The notes below the pieces were generated by a model. It saw only the letters and a list, made by a program, of their open reading frames with translations. It made no database searches and had not been told where the DNA came from. This document shows, in pieces, positions 18,427 to 26,775 of a stretch of DNA of 64,000 nt (the stretch's first letter is position 1; each line of letters opens with the position of its first letter). The position numbers were made by a program, and so were the translations under genes. Source of the DNA: Candidatus Magasanikiibacteriota bacterium (GTDB taxonomy: Bacteria > Patescibacteriota > Patescibacteriia > Magasanikbacterales > UBA922); the NCBI GenBank assembly GCA_018652595.1, contig JABIBU010000013.1, positions 93,043-157,042 on the forward strand, given 5' to 3'.

Positions 18427-19818
18427 TTATTTTTTAGCTTTTAAAAATGGAGAACCCACAGCAACAATATTAAATCCGGCATTTTGCAAATCTTCATAGC
18501 GATGCTGAAGCATGCGACGACCATCCATTATAAGTGGTTTTTTATTCCCAACCCTTTCAAGAATAAGATCACCGAGGGATTTAAACTGTGGCCAATCAGT
18601 AGCAATAATAACAACATCGCAATCTGATAGAGCCTCTAATTCGCTATCTTTATATTTAATTGTTTTAGATTCTGGAAAAACTTGCTTGAAGTATTCCATC
18701 GCAGCTGGATCAAAAATACTAACTTCACTAATACCATTATCATTTAAAAAATGCATGATGTCAATACTTGGTGAGTTGCGAATGTCATTTGTATCGCGCT
18801 TGAAGGCAACACCGAGTAAAGCAACCTTCTTATCCTTCCAATTGAAATTAGCTTCATTTTTTGCTCTGCTAATAAATAATTCCAACTGTCTTTTGTTTCC
18901 CTGATATATTTCATTCACCAATGAAGCATCTGTGCCTGAAGTTTGTAACTGGTGAGACAGCGATCTAATGTCTTTTACCAGGCAACTACCACCAGCATAT
19001 AGACTGTCAAAAAATCCCCAATTACCTATCCTCTTGTCTGTAACCAAGACATTTCGGATATTTTCAAATTTTAAATCTTCAAAAGTTTCACAAGTTCTAC
19101 CTATTACATCATAACAGGCAATTAGCTTGTAAGCTAAATAAAAATTAGCCAATAACTTGCTCGCTGCTGCCTCTTTTGGATTGATCTCGATATAACTTAC
19201 TGTTGGAGAATTATAAAATCTCTCATAAACCTCTCGCATAATTTTAAAATCCTCTTCTTTCCAAGCACCGACGACAACTCTATCAGGTTTTAGGGAGCCT
19301 TGCACAGCCTTTCCTTCTACCAAAAATTCTGGATTAGAAACTACACCATAATTTTTAACCCCGGCCTTATCCATTATCTCTTGGGTCTTGTCTACCATAT
19401 CAATCGGCACAGTGCTTTTATTAACTATGACAATATATTTATCCTGCTTTTTTTTATTTCTATTTAGCAATGCTTGAGATAATTTATCAGCAGCATCAAA
19501 ATAATAGTTCAAATTACTCTCGCCGGTTTCACCAATCTCTGGGGTTGGCAGACACATAAAAATAGCACCACATACATCCAAAAAACTCTCAACTTTTTTA
19601 TAATCGGCAGTAAATTCAATACGTTCTTTGTTACGCACAAGAAGATCTCCCAGACCTTCTTCAAAAAGACAAGACTCTATCGTGCCCCGATCACCGGAGG
19701 AAAGCATTTTAATTTTTTTCTCATCTATATCATAAACAAGGACATTGTGTCCAGAAGAGGCTGAGATAGCCGCTGAGCAGGCTCCCACGAAGCCCGAACC
19801 TATATATAGTATGTTCAT
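18427..19818 (-). CDS. Nucleotide-sugar dehydrogenase (UDP-glucose 6-dehydrogenase family)
   Basis: N-terminal NAD-binding IGSGFVGA, a central catalytic Cys region (GGSCLVKD), and a C-terminal UDP-binding domain. 463 aa. Confidence 0.8.
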   Translation of the reverse strand: MNILYIGSGFVGACSAAISASSGHNVLVYDIDEKKIKMLSSGDRGTIESCLFEEGLGDLLVRNKERIEFTADYKKVESFLDVCGAIFMCLPTPEIGETGESNLNYYFDAADKLSQALLNRNKKKQDKYIVIVNKSTVPIDMVDKTQEIMDKAGVKNYGVVSNPEFLVEGKAVQGSLKPDRVVVGAWKEEDFKIMREVYERFYNSPTVSYIEINPKEAAASKLLANFYLAYKLIACYDVIGRTCETFEDLKFENIRNVLVTDKRIGNWGFFDSLYAGGSCLVKDIRSLSHQLQTSGTDASLVNEIYQGNKRQLELFISRAKNEANFNWKDKKVALLGVAFKRDTNDIRNSPSIDIMHFLNDNGISEVSIFDPAAMEYFKQVFPESKTIKYKDSELEALSDCDVVIIATDWPQFKSLGDLILERVGNKKPLIMDGRRMLQHRYEDLQNAGFNIVAVGSPFLKAKK

Positions 19819-19822
19819 ATCA

Positions 19823-20950
19823 TTATTTGCATATAACCTTATTATACAATTCTTCTGTTTTTTTTAACATTTTATCTATTGAAAATTCACTTAAAACCTT
19901 TTCTATAGAGACAGCTCCCATTTTTTCTCTCAATCTTTTATCAATAATTAATTTTTCCAAAGATTCCTTTAATTCTTCAGCAGAATTATTTTTTAATAAA
20001 AATCCATTTATACCATCTTCTATAATTTCTCCAACTCCCCCCACATCTGAGGCAACTACGGGCAAACCAAAACTCATTGCCTCTAAAATTGTCATTGGTA
20101 GCCCCTCATACTTGGAGACTAGAACAAATACATCCGATTCATTCACCATATCAAAAACCTGATCCCTAGACAAGCTTCCTAATAAATTTACATTTTTAAC
20201 TTTATTTTGTACTATAAATTTTTCTAATTCAATTTTCTTTGGACCACCACCTATTATAATTATCTCTGACTTTTCTTTCAGTTCATTGGATAATTCCTCG
20301 TAAGCTTTTACTAAAATAATAGGGTCTTTAGGCTCTGCTAATCTGCCAACAAAAACAATCTTAATTTTTTCATTGACTTTAGACTTTTTACTTTTCAGAG
20401 AATACTGATGCCCTGTGGGTATGACTTTTGACTTAATTCCATTATATATAATTTCAAACTTTTCTTTTTTTGCTATCTTATTTTTTATTCCCAATTTTCT
20501 AACAAATTCTGAGACAGTAATTATTTTAACAGAGTACTTAGATACAAATTTTTCAGCAAGAATTGCAATTTGCTTTTGCAAAAAAGGTACCCCAATATTA
20601 AAACCCCAACCGTGGGCAGTGAATATAGTTGGAATTTTATTTCTAGTAGTCAAACGCCCAATAAAACCAGCTCCAGAACTATGGCAGTGTACGATGTCCG
20701 GATTAAATTCTTTTACAATGTTTTTTACCAATTTTATAGCTTTGAAAACCTTGAAAGGATTTATACTATTAGAAAAATATTTGTTTGAGACAAATTTGAT
20801 ATTCAAATCTTTAGACTGATCCTCCAGCCAGCCCCCAGGAAACGACATTAAAACCACTTCATTTTTCTTACCAAAATACTTACACAATTCATAAACATGT
20901 GATTGTGCCCCACCAGCCTCTGATTTTGTTATTAAGTACAAAATTTTCAT
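19823..20950 (-). CDS. GT4-family glycosyltransferase
   Basis: EGLPMTILEAMSFGLPVVASDVGGV motif in a GT-B C-terminal domain. Confidence 0.8.
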   Translation of the reverse strand: MKILYLITKSEAGGAQSHVYELCKYFGKKNEVVLMSFPGGWLEDQSKDLNIKFVSNKYFSNSINPFKVFKAIKLVKNIVKEFNPDIVHCHSSGAGFIGRLTTRNKIPTIFTAHGWGFNIGVPFLQKQIAILAEKFVSKYSVKIITVSEFVRKLGIKNKIAKKEKFEIIYNGIKSKVIPTGHQYSLKSKKSKVNEKIKIVFVGRLAEPKDPIILVKAYEELSNELKEKSEIIIIGGGPKKIELEKFIVQNKVKNVNLLGSLSRDQVFDMVNESDVFVLVSKYEGLPMTILEAMSFGLPVVASDVGGVGEIIEDGINGFLLKNNSAEELKESLEKLIIDKRLREKMGAVSIEKVLSEFSIDKMLKKTEELYNKVICK

Positions 20951-21747
20951 CTCTTAGAAATTTTTAAATAATTAATTAATCTCGACAATTTTAAAAAAAC
21001 TAAAAATCCTTTTACTCTCCATTTTAAAACACCCAAAATATAATTGGGGTATTCCTTTTTATATTTTTTAATTAAAATAATATTAGCCCTTATTTGTTTC
21101 AAATTATTTTTTTGAGTTACACCTTCTTGATTAAGCAAATAGCCAGTACTATATTCTGGAATATTGGCTAATTTGTGTTTTTTACCCATTTTCAACCACA
21201 GAGCATAATCCTCCACATATTCTTGGCTTTCATTATAATTACCACATTCATTGGCGACACTCTTTCTAAATAAAACACTGGAATGAACAAAACAATTTTT
21301 TAATAATATTTTTTGTTTAATTTTTTCAAAATCCGTGTCATGAGTAATTTTAAAAAGTTCAACTACTTTTTCATTATACACTTTTGCCCAAGTCCCAACC
21401 AAGGCATAGTCTGTATTATTGTCTAGAAAATCAACTTGTTTTTTTAATTTTTCTTTATCTATCCACCAGTCATCACTATCAATTCTAGCAATATACTCGC
21501 CCTGTGCCAAATTAATGCCCTTATTCAAATTGAAGAGGAGTCCTTTATTTTCTTCATTTTTTATATAAATAATTCTGCCATCATCAAAGCCTTTTACAAT
21601 CTCTTCTGTGTTATCCTGTGAACTATCATCAATTATAATAAACTCAAAGTTATCATAACTTTGCGACAACACGCTCTTAATTGCCTTTCCTATGTATCCA
21701 GAATCATTATAGGTGGACATTACTATAGACACTTTTTTTTTCATCAT
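20947..21747 (-). CDS. GT2-family glycosyltransferase
   Basis: VSIVMSTYNDSGYI...IIIDDSSQDNT...DSDDWW (GT-A DxD). Confidence 0.8.
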   Translation of the reverse strand: MMKKKVSIVMSTYNDSGYIGKAIKSVLSQSYDNFEFIIIDDSSQDNTEEIVKGFDDGRIIYIKNEENKGLLFNLNKGINLAQGEYIARIDSDDWWIDKEKLKKQVDFLDNNTDYALVGTWAKVYNEKVVELFKITHDTDFEKIKQKILLKNCFVHSSVLFRKSVANECGNYNESQEYVEDYALWLKMGKKHKLANIPEYSTGYLLNQEGVTQKNNLKQIRANIILIKKYKKEYPNYILGVLKWRVKGFLVFLKLSRLINYLKISKR

Positions 21748-22595
21748 ATTCTAATCCAATCAGAAGGTATTAAATCTTTTGTATCAATTTTTGAAGCTAC
21801 CAACCAACGACTTGGTGCTATCACAATTTTTTCATTATTTTTGTTTAGCCATGCTGACCACCAACTAAATGTACTATTAGCAATTATCTGATGTTTACAC
21901 AAACTCATAAGCAACAATTCCTCAACAGCACCCAGTGTTGGACGAGAAACAAAAACCATAGGGACATCAAACTTAAAATTTTCCTTAGCCCATTGAATGT
22001 CATCAGAGAAAATAAATAATTTTATGTTGGAGTGTTTTTTATTTATTTCTGCTATAGCCTTTCTATAATAATCTACAGAACAGAGACCGTTCCAATCTTT
22101 GCAGGAAGTAACATAGTCTCCCCTACGCACATGAATTGCCACAGACTGCTCAGATTCTTCAATCTCTTTTTTTAGACCCTCAGCCTCAACACCGTAACCA
22201 TTTTTTAAAACAAAATCATTGAGCAATTTTTCTCTAATAGGGTTAAGGTACTTATAGCTCTGAAAATATCCATCCAATAAAATATCTTTCCGCCTCTTTA
22301 GCAGGTGAGGATGGAATGTGAAAAAATAATTCCTATTAAAACGCCCGTTAATTCTCTCCAATATTTTTCTAATTGGGTTTGGTTTTACACTAGACACTTC
22401 TGACACATTTGCCTTATCAAATACAATATTGAATGCACCTATTTCAATCTCTCTTGGTGTCTCCCCTTTTCTCACCTCATCAAACCAAGAGAAGTCAAAT
22501 TTTAATTTATCCTGCCAATCCAAAGACAAGCGCCTACCAAGAGCATATTGAAACATTTGATTTCCCAAACCAGCCTTAACCTTTACTACAATCAT
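21744..22595 (-). CDS. Alpha-1,2-fucosyltransferase (GT11)
   Basis: GT11 motifs GLGNQMFQYALGRRL and HVRRGDY, with length about 283 aa. Confidence 0.85.
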   Translation of the reverse strand: MIVVKVKAGLGNQMFQYALGRRLSLDWQDKLKFDFSWFDEVRKGETPREIEIGAFNIVFDKANVSEVSSVKPNPIRKILERINGRFNRNYFFTFHPHLLKRRKDILLDGYFQSYKYLNPIREKLLNDFVLKNGYGVEAEGLKKEIEESEQSVAIHVRRGDYVTSCKDWNGLCSVDYYRKAIAEINKKHSNIKLFIFSDDIQWAKENFKFDVPMVFVSRPTLGAVEELLLMSLCKHQIIANSTFSWWSAWLNKNNEKIVIAPSRWLVASKIDTKDLIPSDWIRI

Positions 22596-22604
22596 AAGAG
22601 ATAG

Positions 22605-24752
22605 CTAAGATTTATTCTTTGCCTGTTCATCTACCCACTGATAAGTCTTTCTTATGCCTTCTACGAGCGGTTGCGATGGTTTCCATCCCATTTTTTCTTC
22701 AAATAAAGTATTATCAGAATTTCTTCCTCTTACTCCTTGTGGCCCATCAATATGTTTGATACTTAATTTTTTTCCAGCAATTTCTGCGGTCATATCTGCC
22801 AACTGATTAATTGTTACCATTTCTTCAGATCCAATATTTACTGGCTCTTTAAAGTCTGAATCCATCAAACGTCTAACAGCCTCTAAACATTCATCTATAT
22901 ACAGAAATGATCTTGTTTGTTTTCCATCTCCCCACATCTCTATTTCACCACCATCAGGCACCTCTGATACTTTTCTACAAAAAGCAGCAGGCGCTTTCTC
23001 CCTGCCACCTTTCCAAGTTCCTTCTGGTCCAAATATATTGTGAAATCTTGCAATTCTCACATTTAAACCATAATTTTTTGCACAAGCCAAATAAAATCTT
23101 TCGCTGAACAGTTTTTCCCAGCCATATTCGCTATCAGGTTGCGCTGGATAAGCAGTATCCTCACCACATTTTGGGTTGTCTGGGTCCTCTTGGTTAAATT
23201 CTGGATACATACAAGCAGAAGAAGAATAAAATATCTTACCAACTTTCATATCACTTGCTCTTTTGGCAATATTTAAATTAATCAATGCCGAATTATGCAT
23301 AATATCTGCATCATTGTCCCCAACAAAAACAAAACCAGCACCCCCCATATCAGCTGCCAATTGATAGACTTCGTCGAAAGGCTTATCTAAAACCTGCTCA
23401 CACACCTTAGGATCTCTCAAGTCACCCACAACAAAATCATCTGCTTGTGTCTTTGCAAATTCATGCTGTTTTAAATCAACCCCCCTGACCCAATACCCCT
23501 CTTTTTTCAATCTTTTAACCAAATGCCCACCTATAAACCCACCTGCCCCACAAACCAACGCTGTTTTAGTTTTGTCCATATGAAGTAAATTAATTTTAAA
23601 TTTAGATAATTTTCTTATTATTTTTTTATAATTTAGTTTTATTTTGGCCGATAACTCATATGGCCAGTTCCTATTCATACATGGTTTTTCAACCAAAATA
23701 AAATATATTGCACTTATAACCAAAATAGGTACTATTAGAATTATAGTTTGGAGTAAAATATTTAATTCATAGTTAGATGATATATTCCAAAAAACAGTTG
23801 TGTTACCGAAGCCTGAAATAACAACTGTATGAAATAGATAGATAGTGTAGCACATTCCACCTATCGTCGTAAATAGCTTATTACTAAATATACGACGCCA
23901 AATTGATGAGGTCAATACTATATAAATAAAAACAAATAATAGTGTAACAAATACTAATTTGTTAAAAAGTGGTACTATGTCAATAATATACAAAACAGAA
24001 AATGACAACATACCGACAAATAAGGCTAACTTGTCATTTAGTTGATATTTTTCTTCTGTAATATAAAGATCTGCAATCAAAAAACCTACTAAAAAATAAA
24101 AGAGGTAGTTATAAAGTGAAATATGTTGGGATACTAGAAATACATTAACAATTGGAATACCTAGTATAGCCACAATCAACAACAGTCTACGCTTAAACTT
24201 GTCGATATAAAACACGCTTGCCAAAATCGGAGCTACCAAATAAAACTGAACTTCTACCTCCAATGTCCAAGTTATATTTCCAATCATTGGTTGAATTTCA
24301 AGCCAAGCAAAATTTTGTAAATAAGCCAAATTAAAAAACAAACCATTCACCAAATCACCCAATGGATAAACCCCCTTAATTACATGTAAAGTAAAAAAAA
24401 TTAATAATGCTATAAAATATGGTGGCTCCAATCTGGATAGTCGGCGGTAATAATAACTTTTCAAATTGGGTTTTTTTCCATCTGCCAAAAAATACTTTAC
24501 GAAGGGTAATGCTAAAATAAAACCACTAATAATGAAAAAAATTTCAACTCCTTTAAAACCATTATTAAACAGATCATACAAAACATTTTCGTAATTGTAT
24601 ACAGAATGTGTTTTTGCAACAAAAAACAATTGGATATGATAAAGTATAACCACCATAACTGCCAAAAAACGAAGACCATCTATTTCTGGAATAAAATTCC
24701 CAGATGACGTTTTTCTCTTTAATTTATTGTATAAATAAAGTTTTAGATTCAT
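22605..24752 (-). CDS. In-frame fusion (or read-through pair) of an acyltransferase-3 family membrane O-acyltransferase with an NAD-dependent sugar epimerase/dehydratase
   Basis: The N-terminal ~390 aa carry about 10 TM helices typical of acyltransferase_3. The C-terminal ~320 aa have GAGGFIGGHL and YxxxK. An internal Met (MDKTKTALVCGAGG) sits at the junction but no stop separates the two halves. Confidence 0.6.
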   Translation of the reverse strand: MNLKLYLYNKLKRKTSSGNFIPEIDGLRFLAVMVVILYHIQLFFVAKTHSVYNYENVLYDLFNNGFKGVEIFFIISGFILALPFVKYFLADGKKPNLKSYYYRRLSRLEPPYFIALLIFFTLHVIKGVYPLGDLVNGLFFNLAYLQNFAWLEIQPMIGNITWTLEVEVQFYLVAPILASVFYIDKFKRRLLLIVAILGIPIVNVFLVSQHISLYNYLFYFLVGFLIADLYITEEKYQLNDKLALFVGMLSFSVLYIIDIVPLFNKLVFVTLLFVFIYIVLTSSIWRRIFSNKLFTTIGGMCYTIYLFHTVVISGFGNTTVFWNISSNYELNILLQTIILIVPILVISAIYFILVEKPCMNRNWPYELSAKIKLNYKKIIRKLSKFKINLLHMDKTKTALVCGAGGFIGGHLVKRLKKEGYWVRGVDLKQHEFAKTQADDFVVGDLRDPKVCEQVLDKPFDEVYQLAADMGGAGFVFVGDNDADIMHNSALINLNIAKRASDMKVGKIFYSSSACMYPEFNQEDPDNPKCGEDTAYPAQPDSEYGWEKLFSERFYLACAKNYGLNVRIARFHNIFGPEGTWKGGREKAPAAFCRKVSEVPDGGEIEMWGDGKQTRSFLYIDECLEAVRRLMDSDFKEPVNIGSEEMVTINQLADMTAEIAGKKLSIKHIDGPQGVRGRNSDNTLFEEKMGWKPSQPLVEGIRKTYQWVDEQAKNKS

Positions 24753-24762
24753 TACATCTTGA

Positions 24763-25689
24763 TTATCTGACTAATTCTAAAAAATTTTCTGCAATAACCC
24801 TGTTTGAAAAATTTATTTTTGCGTACTTTCTAGGAGAAAATGTATTAGATTCACTTAAAAAGACATTCCATTTATTTACAAAATCATCAAAATCTTTAAA
24901 AAACAGGCCAGATTGCTCATTTAAATAAGGTGCGCCTATCTTATTATCTTCCCAATAATTACCGCCGTAGGACCAGTATCCCCTATTCCATACTATTGTC
25001 GGCACATCTTTCATCCAAGCCTCGCACAAGGCTATACCCTGACTTTCTGACTCTGACAAGCATATCATAACCTTAGCACTGTCCAAAAGTTTTAAGTATT
25101 TTTTATGGGTATAAAAACCGTACTTTATAACTTCGCAAGGAGTATTATTTTTATCAAAAAAATCAACAATCTTTTTAGATAGATCCTGATCATCGTTTTT
25201 CTTATACAATAATATTTTATTCTTCTTCTGATTGATCAATGGATATACATCCACACCAACAGCCCAAACTATAATCTTGTCCTTTATGCCTGGCTTTATG
25301 CTAACCCAGAAATCCTTGACCCACTTAGATGGGGCTATAACAATATCAATGCTTGTATCACAAATAACACTATTCTTTTCATCAGGAGAAACCACCATCA
25401 CCGGACCTACAATTAATTTCTTGATCTTCTTATTCTTTTTTGCATCTATTGCCCATTTGAGTGCTTCATAACTAGCATTTACATATACAATATCATCTTC
25501 GTGTATATCACCAACATTTATATTATATTTATACTTATAACCAATCTCACGGAACCCCTTCATAAGGCTATCCGTTACGAGGTCTTGGCCTCTTTTTTGC
25601 CCCAACAAAAATTTGACAAATAATTTGAAACTTTTCATTGAGTCATTCCAATTGTAGACTGGTGATTTTGTCAAAATTACTAAGGACAT
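24763..25689 (-). CDS. Hypothetical protein, possibly a GT-B-like glycosyltransferase
   Basis: ESQGIALCEAWMKDVPTIV resembles the GT1/GT4 E-x7-E region. Otherwise unrecognised. Confidence 0.35.
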   Translation of the reverse strand: MSLVILTKSPVYNWNDSMKSFKLFVKFLLGQKRGQDLVTDSLMKGFREIGYKYKYNINVGDIHEDDIVYVNASYEALKWAIDAKKNKKIKKLIVGPVMVVSPDEKNSVICDTSIDIVIAPSKWVKDFWVSIKPGIKDKIIVWAVGVDVYPLINQKKNKILLYKKNDDQDLSKKIVDFFDKNNTPCEVIKYGFYTHKKYLKLLDSAKVMICLSESESQGIALCEAWMKDVPTIVWNRGYWSYGGNYWEDNKIGAPYLNEQSGLFFKDFDDFVNKWNVFLSESNTFSPRKYAKINFSNRVIAENFLELVR

Positions 25690-25706
25690 AAAATAATTTA
25701 TTTACT

Positions 25707-26759
25707 TTAAATATTTTTTCTAAAATATTTAATTTTTAAATTTTCTAATAACTTTATTTTTTTGAATGGTTTATAAAAGAAAGCAAATATTTTTCTTATA
25801 CCAAGGGTCACGATTGCATACTTTGCCACAACCCTTTCATTCTTCTCTAGATTTAGCAATTTTACAGGATTAATAGTACTCCTCTTGGCAAAAGACAGCT
25901 TCTGATCAAATATTTGTCTCAAAAAAACTTCAAAACCCTGATTAACCCTATCAAAGCTGTAATTTTCAGCCATAATTGGCTCATTGACAATTTGTAAGTA
26001 CAAATCATCATTTTCATCTATATCCTTTATTCTTTCGACAACTTCATCAAAACTGCCGTAATCATGGCAATTGATGATTCTACTTTTATTAAACTCACGG
26101 CCTATTTCAGGATTACCCCAATAAATAGGTATGGTATTCGCCACCAAAGATGTGACAATTTTTTCTGTTGTATAGCCCAAGCGAGAAGAATTTTCAAATG
26201 CAATTGAAAACTTATGTTTCAATTCAAATTCTAATTTGTTACCTACCCTACCTCCAATATTATTTAGATAACCTCCACCAGCATTAACTTTTTTGTAACT
26301 ACTAAGTTTATCAAAAAATATTTTACGCGTAGTGTCTGCTAAATAATTTGAGTACACAAAACTACAAAAATCTGACTTGCCAACCAAGTCATCTTTTGTA
26401 TACACTATTGGTTTATTAAAATCAAAACCACCGGCCATCTCCTTTTCACCCTCATTATAAAAAGTAGCCATCATGTAGACAGGAAACCTATAGTATCTAT
26501 CCTCAAAATTCATATAATCACAGCCTATCGCATAATCACACAAATTAAAATTTGGGGAAATATTTTCTCCAGTATAAAATATTTTTACACAATCATACTC
26601 TAGATGTTCGTAAGTCGACTCATGATAAAATAAATAGTCTGGGTCTTCTGAAAACTCAACATCGTAATACTTTTCTAATATCTTTAGAACTAGAAAACCA
26701 AAATGTGTAGCCTCACTTTTATCATCAAAATCACAGATTTTAATTTTAATTTTTTTCAT
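25707..26759 (-). CDS. Alpha-1,3(/4)-fucosyltransferase (GT10)
   Basis: GT10 motifs FCSFVYSN...R and IAFENSSRLGYTTEKI (FxxxFENSxxxxYxTEK), with length 350 aa. Confidence 0.75.
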   Translation of the reverse strand: MKKIKIKICDFDDKSEATHFGFLVLKILEKYYDVEFSEDPDYLFYHESTYEHLEYDCVKIFYTGENISPNFNLCDYAIGCDYMNFEDRYYRFPVYMMATFYNEGEKEMAGGFDFNKPIVYTKDDLVGKSDFCSFVYSNYLADTTRKIFFDKLSSYKKVNAGGGYLNNIGGRVGNKLEFELKHKFSIAFENSSRLGYTTEKIVTSLVANTIPIYWGNPEIGREFNKSRIINCHDYGSFDEVVERIKDIDENDDLYLQIVNEPIMAENYSFDRVNQGFEVFLRQIFDQKLSFAKRSTINPVKLLNLEKNERVVAKYAIVTLGIRKIFAFFYKPFKKIKLLENLKIKYFRKNI

Positions 26760-26775
26760 AGTATTTTATATAAAT

